From the IMG/VR virus record IMGVR_UViG_3300025723_000018: a stretch of 64,000 nt of DNA. One strand, 5' to 3'. The notes under the pieces are model-generated. The model made no database searches. It was not told the origin of the DNA and saw nothing but the letters and a program-made list of their open reading frames with translations. A program made the position numbers and the translations under genes. The DNA comes from an uncultured virus (IMG/VR IMGVR_UViG_3300025723_000018) (lineage: Duplodnaviria > Heunggongvirae > Uroviricota > Caudoviricetes). Below are positions 1 through 8,964 of the stretch, piece by piece. Each line of letters opens with the position of its first letter. The first letter of the stretch is position 1.

Positions 1-162
1 GTATACGGTAGTAGTACAGATTTATGGGGCGATACTTGGACTAGCACAGAAATATCTAGTTCAACGTTTGGAATTGTTATTAGTTTTCAAAGTAATCCGA
101 TAATTCCTCATAGAGACTTAGCTTATGTTGACCAAGTAGCTTTAAGAATCACCTACGCATAA
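1..162 (+). CDS. 3' end of an upstream hypothetical (likely virion) protein, partial
   Basis: Frame 1 is open from base 1 (VYGSSTDLWGDTWTS...VDQVALRITYA) to TAA at 160-162; not in the ORF track because the start lies outside the window. Confidence 0.75.
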   Translation, partial: VYGSSTDLWGDTWTSTEISSSTFGIVISFQSNPIIPHRDLAYVDQVALRITYA

Positions 163-165
163 ATA
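159..165 (+). promoter_or_regulatory. T4-like late promoter motif ATAAATA
   Basis: ATAAATA overlaps the upstream stop codon; the same motif recurs before other structural genes; the T4 late consensus is TATAAATA. Confidence 0.6.
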
Positions 166-173
166 CATAGTAC

Positions 174-232
174 GATCCACATAGGGTGGATTTTATGCGG
201 AAATCCAACCGCGTACGGCCTAGAACGCCGTG
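174..232 (+). promoter_or_regulatory. Structured 5' leader with three tandem hairpins
   Basis: ATCCAC/GTGGAT (175-191), TATGCGG/CCGCGTA (194-215), ACGGC/GCCGT (215-231), lying between the late motif and SD AAGGAG. Confidence 0.55.
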
Positions 233-253
233 TTTTCATAAGGAGAAAATAAA

Positions 254-1300
254 ATGGGACGTCCTCTAAATAAGAAATATTTTGGTAATCGTAACGTCGG
301 ATCTGATGGAACATTCGCATCAGGTGCTACTTTGTCTAATACCAGCGCAGAAATTGGTGGTAAGAGCATCTCCAGTTTCAACATTACAAACCGTGGTTCA
401 TGGTTATCAAACAACGTAAGTCCAAATGTGCCTGTACTAGGTTTGGCAGTACCAGCTCCACAAATTGCTGATGGTATCCAAGCAACTTGGTCAGTGACTT
501 ATTGTATTGACACAGTAACAACTAATGCTGGAAAAACAGGATTGGTAACTGGCGATACTTATACAAGCTCAATATTCCCAGGATCAATAATCACTGTTGG
601 CGACCTAAGCGGAGCAAATGCTTTGTTTACAGTTACTAATGCCGGTAGCACTGGTAACATTCCACTTGATACAACAACAGTTAGTATTACTCAATTAACT
701 GGTACAGGGGCTGCTACTTCTTTTACTGTTGATATTCATACAAAATTAGCCACAGCCAATATTAACAATGTGGGTTCTGGTTATACAGAAGAACAAGTGT
801 TTACTATTACATTAGCAAACGGTGCTACAGGTACTCCTCCAACAATCAGTATTGTACTAACACAACCAGATCCAACACAGGCTGCAGGTAGCGTTGGTGA
901 TCGTGAGCCAGCTATTATTGCTTATGCTTGGTTAAGCGGTGCGCCAGCAGAAGTTGATATCGTTCGTCAAGTGTCAACAGATCGTTATCGTATAAACAAA
1001 AATGGCGAGTATACACGCACAGGCGCACACACTGGTAAACTAAAAGAAACTGGTTTAGTAAGCGGAACATTTACTGGTAATGAAGGCGCAGAAATGAATA
1101 TCTGGGCATTTGATGCAAGCGGCAATTCATATCTTGTTAAGAAATTAACAGCTCGCAAGGCAGTAGTTTATCCAGTTGCTTGTGCTCGTTTAAACAAGTC
1201 TGCTGGTTCAATATTTGCTGCAGGCACAGCAGTTCCTTGGAAATTCTTCCCAGGACAAGCAAACGCTAGTGCAGGTTACGTGAAGATTGAAAACGCTTAA
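254..1300 (+). CDS. Putative virion structural protein (MGRPLNKKYFG N-terminus)
   Basis: 348-aa ORF, SD AAGGAG, Thr/Gly-rich beta-type composition, located in a late structural block. Confidence 0.6.
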   Translation: MGRPLNKKYFGNRNVGSDGTFASGATLSNTSAEIGGKSISSFNITNRGSWLSNNVSPNVPVLGLAVPAPQIADGIQATWSVTYCIDTVTTNAGKTGLVTGDTYTSSIFPGSIITVGDLSGANALFTVTNAGSTGNIPLDTTTVSITQLTGTGAATSFTVDIHTKLATANINNVGSGYTEEQVFTITLANGATGTPPTISIVLTQPDPTQAAGSVGDREPAIIAYAWLSGAPAEVDIVRQVSTDRYRINKNGEYTRTGAHTGKLKETGLVSGTFTGNEGAEMNIWAFDASGNSYLVKKLTARKAVVYPVACARLNKSAGSIFAAGTAVPWKFFPGQANASAGYVKIENA

Positions 1301-1315
1301 TAGTTAAGGACTAAG

Positions 1316-2416
1316 ATGTCAAGAATACTTAAAGTCAGTAACGGTGATTACAGAATACAAGTACAAGCTGTTTCACCTAGCGATACAACTCCTACTATCT
1401 TTTTAGATACAGGAGCGTTGCAAGGCCGAGTTGTTATTACTGGTAATCTTGACGTTAAAGGTTCTACAACCACTGTAGAAAGTCAAAACACAACTATCAA
1501 AGATAGTATTATTACTCTAAACAAAGGCGAAACCAGTGCAGGTGTTAATAGTTTATTATCACCTGCATATCAATCTGGTATTGAAGTTGACCGTGGCACT
1601 TTAAACAACAATGCACGTTGGGTTTGGGACGATCATAATGTTAACTGGTATGATAACAAATCAGCTGCAACATCAAATGGTGCATGGGTTGCTTATAATG
1701 TTACAGACGGCACATCATCTGCCGTAGCAGAAGGTATTAAAGTAAGCAAAATTCAGCCATCAAATGGCGGAGATTTACAAGTTGATTTAGGCGGCGGCGA
1801 TGGTGTATTACGTGTAACACACTACGATGTTAGTGCAGGCGCCAGTTATGCCAGTAGAATTCAAAACACAGATTACGATACAATTCCAAACGTTCAATAC
1901 TTGCAACTTTATGTGGCTAGTACATATTCACCGGGCAGCGGACAAGGACAAGCTATTGTACATAGCATACAAGATACTACAAGTGGAACAACTAGTTTAA
2001 TAAATGCAACAACTAATTTATTAACATTTACTGTAGGTGGAACTTCGTCTACCATGACATCTAGCGGATTATATCTAGGTGGACAATTATTAACTTATAA
2101 CGTACAAGTAGCTGGAAATACAACTCCAAATACTATTACAACTATTGGTTCAGGCAATCCTAAACATGTAGTATCTACTAATGATAATTTAATTTTAACA
2201 TCAAATAATACTACAGTTGAAGTAAACGGTGTAATACAATTAGACAATCATTCAGTTCCAGCAAGCAGTGTTTCTGGAGCAAGTTTAATATATTCAGGAG
2301 ACCCTGGAACTGGTGTTGGTACACCAGGAAAGACAGGTTTGTATTTTAAAAATACACTGACAACAGACGAATTAATCAGTAAGAACCGAGCAGTACTTCT
2401 AAGTATTTTACTATAA
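1316..2416 (+). CDS. Tail/baseplate fibre-like structural protein
   Basis: GNLDVKGSTTTV...IKDSIITLNKG...SGIEVDRG segment typical of phage fibre proteins; hydrophobic C-terminal tail RAVLLSILL. Confidence 0.65.
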   Translation: MSRILKVSNGDYRIQVQAVSPSDTTPTIFLDTGALQGRVVITGNLDVKGSTTTVESQNTTIKDSIITLNKGETSAGVNSLLSPAYQSGIEVDRGTLNNNARWVWDDHNVNWYDNKSAATSNGAWVAYNVTDGTSSAVAEGIKVSKIQPSNGGDLQVDLGGGDGVLRVTHYDVSAGASYASRIQNTDYDTIPNVQYLQLYVASTYSPGSGQGQAIVHSIQDTTSGTTSLINATTNLLTFTVGGTSSTMTSSGLYLGGQLLTYNVQVAGNTTPNTITTIGSGNPKHVVSTNDNLILTSNNTTVEVNGVIQLDNHSVPASSVSGASLIYSGDPGTGVGTPGKTGLYFKNTLTTDELISKNRAVLLSILL

Positions 2417-2426
2417 GGAATAGAAC

Positions 2427-2777
2427 ATGGCATTAAGCGCAACTCAAATTACAGCAACCGCAGTTACAAGTGGAAGTCCTAACGGAACCGTAGTGTATTC
2501 TAGTTCTGGTAATAACGCTATTACTAGTATTATAGCTTGTAACAATCATAGTTCTACAACTATCAATTTGACACTTTATGCTGTTCCAAGCGGAAAGAAT
2601 CCATACGGAAATCCAGAAACAACTATAGTTTCAGCACTACCGATTCCTCCTGGAGAAACTGTAAGTTTTGATCAAGAAAAATTAGTATTAGGCAACGGAG
2701 ATCAACTAGATGCAATCGCCAGTGTAGCATATTCAGGCACAGGTGTAAGCATAGTTGTAAGTACATTGGCGGTATAA
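2427..2777 (+). CDS. Small virion adaptor-like protein (paralogue family, copy 1)
   Basis: 116 aa; N...IP...L pattern shared with 8223, 26373 and 51270. Confidence 0.55.
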   Translation: MALSATQITATAVTSGSPNGTVVYSSSGNNAITSIIACNNHSSTTINLTLYAVPSGKNPYGNPETTIVSALPIPPGETVSFDQEKLVLGNGDQLDAIASVAYSGTGVSIVVSTLAV

Positions 2778-3379
2778 TGAGATACTTAAAAAGACAAACA
2801 ATTAATCGCAGAATTGCTAACGATCCACAATTTTTTGTAGATCCTACCAACGCGGCTATAACGTCTAGTAGTTCTAATGCTGTGTTTGGATCAACAGCTA
2901 ATATTGTTATGGGTGTGACAAATAATTTAATATTACCAACAGGAACCGTTGCACAACGTCCAAGCTCACCATTAAACGGAATGATTCGTTATTGTACAGA
3001 TTTAAATGGCGGTCAAGTTGAAATTTATCAAGCAGGAACATGGCGTAGTTTACGTTTCAAAGAACCTGTTGTTGTTACAAGAGAAACTTATACAGGAGAT
3101 GGGTCCAGTACAGTATATGGTCCATTGAACCCTCAACCTCCAATGTATACTGGCGGTAGTGTACAAGATAATGCTACATGGACCGGTGATAACTTAGTGG
3201 TTATTGTTGGTAACGTGTATCAAACTTGGTCAACAAACTATCTGATTCAAACAGGAACAACAATTGGTGTAGCACCGTTTAATCAAGGTGCAAATGCCTC
3301 TAAGTACTATATCAAATTTACATCTGCTACACCGGGACTAAGCACACCAATAGTAATATTGCACGGCTTTGACAGTTAA
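2777..3379 (+). CDS. Virion structural protein with LPxGTxxQRP...GMIRY module
   Basis: TAATG coupling to the previous gene; LILPTGTVAQRPSSPLNGMIRY motif seen in phage fibre/baseplate proteins. Confidence 0.6.
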   Translation: MRYLKRQTINRRIANDPQFFVDPTNAAITSSSSNAVFGSTANIVMGVTNNLILPTGTVAQRPSSPLNGMIRYCTDLNGGQVEIYQAGTWRSLRFKEPVVVTRETYTGDGSSTVYGPLNPQPPMYTGGSVQDNATWTGDNLVVIVGNVYQTWSTNYLIQTGTTIGVAPFNQGANASKYYIKFTSATPGLSTPIVILHGFDS

Positions 3380-3393
3380 GCTAGGAGCTGACC

Positions 3394-5787
3394 ATGGGGC
3401 GAGAACTTGGTAGAATAAGCGGCCCGTTACTAGCAGAAAATCTCAAACGTAACGGCGTTGATCTTGCCTTTGAAAATACTTTATTATATTTTAATGTCAC
3501 AAACAATTATGTTGGCATTAACAATAGCGGCCCTGCGTACGACTTAGATGTCTCAACTTTTACTAATACAAGCGGTACAAGCACTGGTTTAACTAGTACT
3601 GACTGGTTAATTGTAGACAACAACGCTTTTTTAGCTAACCTCGAGTTTACAACCAATAACGTACAAAACGTAACTGGACCAATAGTTATTAGTCCTAATC
3701 AGTCTTCTAACCCTACGATTGTAGTTCCAAATTTAAAAGCTACAGATGTTTATTTTAGCGGTAACAGCATTACCAATTATACCGCTAGCGGAGATTTAAA
3801 TTTAACTCCTACTGGACAGATAGTAGTCAATTCTAACACATTAGTAAATGGTGATCTACATGCCACTGGCAATGTAACATTTGATGGTAACATAACTTTT
3901 GGTAATGCGCCAACTGATACTATTAATTTTAAAGCAGAAGTCAATAGTGATATACTACCTAGTATAACAAATACAGATAGTTTAGGATCATCGACATTGG
4001 TATGGAAAACATACTATGGAAAGATCACAGTTAGTACTATACTAACATCTACTTTAGATGTGACTAGTACTTTTACAGCTACGGGCACTAACACATACAA
4101 TAATAATTTTACAGTAGGTTCGTCTAGTTCTGATACAGTAAGAATTCGATCTACTTTTGATAGTAGTTTAATTCCTAGTGCTAACGGAGTTTATAATTTA
4201 GGATCAAGTAGTTTATATTGGAATAATTTATTTGTAAACAAAATAATAGTTAGAGGTAATACTGTAATTACCAATAACTCTATAGCAACTACTAATACTG
4301 ATAGTAACCTAGTATTAGTTGCAAATGGATCTGGGTTGGTAAGAGTTTATCAGTCTAGCTTACAGCTTGATCAGAATGCAATTATTAACGGAAATTTGCT
4401 AGTAAATGTTAATACAACACTAGGCAATACAACCTCTAAAGCAATTACACAGACTGGTAATTTTAACCAGACTGGTAGTACTACTATCAGTGGTTTACTT
4501 ACAGCATCTGGCAATATTACAATTTCTGGTGCAAATACTTACTTAGATGTAGGTAATTTTGATTTCCGTGGAAGTACAATAACAAACACATCAGCTAACG
4601 CTGATATAACTTTGTTAACAACTGGTACTGGTAAGATTGCTATACCCAGTAGCGCACAAGTTGGAAAAGATATTAATCTTGTACAAAATTTATCAGTAAC
4701 TGGAACTACTAATTTACAAAGCCTAGTAAACACTGGTACAATAGCACAAACTGGAGATTATTCTCAGTACGGTAATACTAATATAACTGGTACTCTAGTT
4801 TCTAATAATTTTATATTTCCAACAACTGGATCTTATATCAATATAGGTAATTTCCAAATCAGCGGAAATACCATACAAAGTATAGCATCGAATAGTGATA
4901 TATCATTTTTAGCAGCTGGCACTGGGTCTACTAATATTGAAAAATTAACTATTACTAATAACAATATTAGAAATACATGGACCAGTACTTCTGAACAATT
5001 GATAACCCAAGATGCTCAGTTAATTGTAACTCAAGATGGAATTATACTTACAACCGAGTTCTTTAATACTAGTATTTCACAAAAAAGTATTTACTTAACT
5101 CCTACCGGAACAGGTAATGTTTATACAAACTCTTATACAAGTTTAGTTTTACCTATAGGGGACGATCAAGTAAGATCTATGATATCTAACGGAGAAATTC
5201 GTTATAATGATATTTGGAATAACTACGAAGGTTTTAGTGAAACTGGTTACGTAAATTTCATAGGACTAGTAAGCCAGAATCATCTAACATCTGCCGTTGC
5301 TAATAGCTCGGCTGAAACCCTAAATTTCACAGCAAATAATATACTAACGACTACTATAGATTCAACTAAACTGTTTAATAATACTTTGCTAGCTGACACT
5401 ATACAAATTAACTCAAATAATATCGATAATACAAATTTATCTACAGATTTATTCTTAAATCCAACCAGTCAAGTTAATTTTGTCAATACAAATATAAAAG
5501 TTAATGGTAACACAATAAACGTTATAAACAATCCTCTAACATTTTATAGTACAGATTACGGACATGTAAGATTTACAGGTTCGAACGGATTTATACTACC
5601 TATTGGAAGTATCAATAATAGACCAGCAACTCCTGAATTAGGTACAACTAGATATAACTCAAGCTCACAAGTTCCAGAGCTTTGGAATGGCACACAGTGG
5701 GTACAATGGAACGGAGCTTCAGCCAAACTTACCAAAGAAGAAGTGAGTGACGTCTCCTATACTTGGGCCCTTATCCTGGGGTTATAA
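3394..5787 (+). CDS. Long fibre-like structural protein (paralogue of 5918..8218)
   Basis: 797 aa; N-terminus GRISGPLL..NL.RNGVDLAFE shared with the next gene; beta-repeat shaft; two LP.G...R...RYN modules. Confidence 0.7.
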   Translation: MGRELGRISGPLLAENLKRNGVDLAFENTLLYFNVTNNYVGINNSGPAYDLDVSTFTNTSGTSTGLTSTDWLIVDNNAFLANLEFTTNNVQNVTGPIVISPNQSSNPTIVVPNLKATDVYFSGNSITNYTASGDLNLTPTGQIVVNSNTLVNGDLHATGNVTFDGNITFGNAPTDTINFKAEVNSDILPSITNTDSLGSSTLVWKTYYGKITVSTILTSTLDVTSTFTATGTNTYNNNFTVGSSSSDTVRIRSTFDSSLIPSANGVYNLGSSSLYWNNLFVNKIIVRGNTVITNNSIATTNTDSNLVLVANGSGLVRVYQSSLQLDQNAIINGNLLVNVNTTLGNTTSKAITQTGNFNQTGSTTISGLLTASGNITISGANTYLDVGNFDFRGSTITNTSANADITLLTTGTGKIAIPSSAQVGKDINLVQNLSVTGTTNLQSLVNTGTIAQTGDYSQYGNTNITGTLVSNNFIFPTTGSYINIGNFQISGNTIQSIASNSDISFLAAGTGSTNIEKLTITNNNIRNTWTSTSEQLITQDAQLIVTQDGIILTTEFFNTSISQKSIYLTPTGTGNVYTNSYTSLVLPIGDDQVRSMISNGEIRYNDIWNNYEGFSETGYVNFIGLVSQNHLTSAVANSSAETLNFTANNILTTTIDSTKLFNNTLLADTIQINSNNIDNTNLSTDLFLNPTSQVNFVNTNIKVNGNTINVINNPLTFYSTDYGHVRFTGSNGFILPIGSINNRPATPELGTTRYNSSSQVPELWNGTQWVQWNGASAKLTKEEVSDVSYTWALILGL

Positions 5788-5796
5788 CCAAAACCG

Positions 5797-5803
5797 ATAA
5801 ATA
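5797..5803 (+). promoter_or_regulatory. T4-like late promoter motif ATAAATA
   Basis: GATAAATAC just after the upstream stop, ahead of a 114-nt leader. Confidence 0.65.
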
Positions 5804-5811
5804 CTATTACT

Positions 5812-5950
5812 GTAAAATCTGACCAAGGTTTTACGATATTCAACAGTGGTAAACCCGCTAAGAGCGTCCAGCTGAAAAAGTGGTTAACCGTGAAACACGG
5901 GGTATACGGGAGCGTAAATGGCTGTTGGTCGAATTTCGGGTCCGCTCTTA
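5812..5950 (+). promoter_or_regulatory. Structured 5' UTR / possible cis-regulatory RNA overlapping the start codon
   Basis: Hairpins at 5812-5834, 5845-5859 and 5888-5900; long-range complementarity 5859-5866 with 5943-5950 and 5841-5847 with 5921-5927. Confidence 0.5.
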
Positions 5951-8218
5951 AAGGACAACCTCCTACGCAATGGCGTAGACTTGGCCTTCGAGACGAGCCT
6001 TCTTTACTTGGATGTTACAAACAGCCGCGTAGGTATTAATAATGCCACACCCGCTAGCGACCTCCATGTAACTGGAACCACCCGTACTACCAATCTATAT
6101 GTAACAAATCAAACACAAATTGGCCAACCTGGCAGTATGTTTACTGTCAGCGGCAACACTATTGCCAGTGATAATTCAACAATTAATCTAACCCCAAGCG
6201 GATCAAACGCTGTAGTTTATCAAGGGTTAATCAGTGTTGGACAGTTGACTATTGGAACAAATAACATAAGTTCCACTGGTACAAATACAGATATAAACAT
6301 AAATCCAAGCGGCACTGGCCAACTAGTTGTTGGTACTGTATCTGCAAATCGAAACGTATTAATCAACGGAAACTTACACGCAACTGGCGTAATCACAGCC
6401 GACGGTAATATTCAGCTGGGTAATCAAACTAGCGACACCGTTACATTTGATGCCGAAGTAAACAGCGATATTATACCTAGCACAAATAACTATTACAACT
6501 TAGGTTCTAGCTCAAATGCTTGGAAAAACTTGTATGTTACTAATGTAAGTGCCACCGGAATTACCACAACTGATTTTACATCAAGCGGTAATTTAACTAT
6601 AAATGGCACTACTACTATTAGTGGTACTACTACAATTGGTGCAGATAGTACTAATTTGCTAAATGTAATTGCTAGAATTAATAGCAATTTAATTCCTAAC
6701 ACAACTTTACTCTACGATTTAGGAGCCAACGGGTTATACTGGAATACAGCATATATTAATACCGTAACTACTAGCGGCTTAACTATTACAAATAATAGTA
6801 TTACCAGTACAGCCACTAACAGTAACTTGTTACTAAGCGCCAACGGTATTGGTCAAGTTTATATTCCAAGTAATAATCTACAAGTAGATAATAATGCCAA
6901 TATACAAGGCAATTTAACTGTAGGCGGAACAACTAGTTTACAAAATGTTGGAATAACTGGCACCTTAACCCAAACTGGTAATTTTACACAAACTGGTAAT
7001 TTTACAACCAGCGGTAATGTACAAGCAGGTAGCCTTAGTGTTTTTGGAACTCTTACAATTCCTAATTTTATAATTAGCGGTAGCACAATTACTAGTACTA
7101 CTAACAATGCTAATTTTAATTTAGTAACTACTGGATCTGGACAAGTCTACATACCTAGTAGCCTTTTAATTAGTCAGAATCTTGCAATCCAAAATAACTT
7201 AATAGTTTCTGGAACTAGTACATTAGCTGGTACTAGTATAAATGGTACAGTTGGACAAACTGGTAATTTTAATCAAACTGGTAATTTTACTACCAGCGGC
7301 AACTTAACAGTTACTGGTAATGCTAGCATTTCTGGCAACTTAACTATTCCAAATATCACCATTGGCGGAAGTACCATTGCTACCAACCAAGGTAATTTAG
7401 ATCTGAACATTCAAGGATCTGGCACAGGTAGTGTTATAGTAGAAAGTGTTAAATTCACAGATAACAATATTCAAAGTGTTGGAACAAATGCAAATTTATT
7501 ATTAACACCTCAAAGTAATGCCAGTGTTATTATAAACAACAACGGTAGTTTTGTACTACCAGTTGGAACAACAAGCCAGCGTCCTGATCCTGCTAGTAAC
7601 GGTATGATCCGTTATAATACTGATTTAAAAAGATATGAAGGCTACAATGTAGATAACTGGTATAAATTGGGCGGAGTAGAAAGTGCTGATGGAAAAACAA
7701 GAATAACACCAGAATTAACACCTGGCGCCGGTGATAATATTATTAGATTCTTTGCAAACAATGTTCTTGTAGCAACAATAGACCCTGCTAAATTATACAC
7801 AATTGATTTTCAAACAAGTAATTTAGACATAAGTAATAATACAATTAGTGCAATCTCGCCTAATACAGATATCAATTTAAACACATCAGGTTCTGGTGGA
7901 GTTCTTATAGGAAATCTGCGTTTTGCGGGCAATAGCATTACTAATGTAGCATCAAACGCGGTAACAGAATTTGTAGAAAACGGTAATGGATATGTTAAAA
8001 TATCCGGAACTTACGGACTAGTAATACCAAGCGGCGATGAAAATCAGCGCCCTGCTTTGCAATATACTGAAGTCGGTATGACTCGTTATAATACTACATA
8101 TCAATATGTTGAAGTATTCAACGGCGTTAGTTGGACCAGCGTTTCTGGTACAAGTACTGGTGTTACATTTAATGATGCAACTGATATTGGTATTGAAGCT
8201 GCACTAATGATAGGATAA
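5918..8218 (+). CDS. Long fibre-like structural protein (paralogue of 3394..5787)
   Basis: 766 aa; SD GGGAG; QTGNF repeats; VLPVGTTSQRP...GMIRYN modules; C-terminal EAALMIG. Confidence 0.7.
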   Translation: MAVGRISGPLLKDNLLRNGVDLAFETSLLYLDVTNSRVGINNATPASDLHVTGTTRTTNLYVTNQTQIGQPGSMFTVSGNTIASDNSTINLTPSGSNAVVYQGLISVGQLTIGTNNISSTGTNTDININPSGTGQLVVGTVSANRNVLINGNLHATGVITADGNIQLGNQTSDTVTFDAEVNSDIIPSTNNYYNLGSSSNAWKNLYVTNVSATGITTTDFTSSGNLTINGTTTISGTTTIGADSTNLLNVIARINSNLIPNTTLLYDLGANGLYWNTAYINTVTTSGLTITNNSITSTATNSNLLLSANGIGQVYIPSNNLQVDNNANIQGNLTVGGTTSLQNVGITGTLTQTGNFTQTGNFTTSGNVQAGSLSVFGTLTIPNFIISGSTITSTTNNANFNLVTTGSGQVYIPSSLLISQNLAIQNNLIVSGTSTLAGTSINGTVGQTGNFNQTGNFTTSGNLTVTGNASISGNLTIPNITIGGSTIATNQGNLDLNIQGSGTGSVIVESVKFTDNNIQSVGTNANLLLTPQSNASVIINNNGSFVLPVGTTSQRPDPASNGMIRYNTDLKRYEGYNVDNWYKLGGVESADGKTRITPELTPGAGDNIIRFFANNVLVATIDPAKLYTIDFQTSNLDISNNTISAISPNTDINLNTSGSGGVLIGNLRFAGNSITNVASNAVTEFVENGNGYVKISGTYGLVIPSGDENQRPALQYTEVGMTRYNTTYQYVEVFNGVSWTSVSGTSTGVTFNDATDIGIEAALMIG
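6971..7006 (+). repeat. Coding tandem repeat, 2 x 18 nt CAAACTGGTAATTTTACA (QTGNFT)
   Basis: Exact tandem copy; a near-identical pair also at 7256-7291. Confidence 0.8.
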
Positions 8219-8222
8219 AATA

Positions 8223-8555
8223 ATGACAACAGCTTTTAAAAACGTATTGAATTCAGGATTAGGAACAAGTCCTACTACTGTATTAACCACAAATAACACT
8301 GCACGAACTACAGTAATTGGTTTAAGTTTGACCAATACAACTTCTGGCATTATTTTAGCCAGTGTACAATTACAAGACACTGTGGCTAGTACTAGCGCCT
8401 ATTATGTTCAGAATATTGTTATACCTCCTAATACAAGTGCTAGAGTAATTAACGGCGGCGAAAGACTAGTCTGTGGTCCAAGTACAAATATTATAATAAC
8501 ATCTAATACAGCAAGTAGTATTGATCTTGTTATGAGCTACGTTGAAATAAGCTAA
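8223..8555 (+). CDS. Small virion adaptor-like protein (copy 2)
   Basis: 110 aa; VIGLSLTN...IPPN...LV...SYVEIS pattern. Confidence 0.55.
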   Translation: MTTAFKNVLNSGLGTSPTTVLTTNNTARTTVIGLSLTNTTSGIILASVQLQDTVASTSAYYVQNIVIPPNTSARVINGGERLVCGPSTNIIITSNTASSIDLVMSYVEIS

Positions 8556-8565
8556 GGATAAAATT

Positions 8566-8949
8566 ATGACCTATTATGTTGGTAACGAATACAATTTAAA
8601 TGATTTGCTAGGAGATGGAAACCCTAGATATTTTTACGCTCTACAAAGATTAGACGACGGTACTCTTTATTTTTATAAAGTTGATCAGTTAAGTAGCTCA
8701 GGAACAATCACGGTAAACGTTCCAGGTTTAAGTCAGAATAATTTTGAAAATTTTGAATATGGTGTAGATTTCTTTGATGGACGATTGGCAACTGACCATA
8801 GTCGTCCATATCCTAATTTACAATTTGATCAATATCGATGGGACAATAAAAATTGTTATTATTATCTAGATACTGCAACTGGACAGCTAGTTGTTAGAAT
8901 TAATCAAGCGTATACATATTCGCAAGCTCAAATAATTAGTTCAAATTAA
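8566..8949 (+). CDS. Hypothetical virion-associated protein
   Basis: 127-aa aromatic-rich ORF with SD AAGGA; its C-terminus (YYLDTATGQLVVRIN) resembles that of 47059..47385 (YSIDASGNLIATY). Confidence 0.55.
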   Translation: MTYYVGNEYNLNDLLGDGNPRYFYALQRLDDGTLYFYKVDQLSSSGTITVNVPGLSQNNFENFEYGVDFFDGRLATDHSRPYPNLQFDQYRWDNKNCYYYLDTATGQLVVRINQAYTYSQAQIISSN

Positions 8950-8964
8950 TAGGAAAAGAATAAA

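Noticed and set aside
5812..5900. Hammerhead ribozyme or tRNA in the long leader
   Set aside because: CTGA and GAAA occur, but the CUGANGA core and the required stem arrangement are absent; no cloverleaf or T-loop
6971..7291. 18-nt direct repeats CAAACTGGTAATTTTA as a possible CRISPR array or DGR repeat
   Set aside because: In-frame coding repeats (QTGNF) without unique spacers; no cas or reverse transcriptase gene in the window
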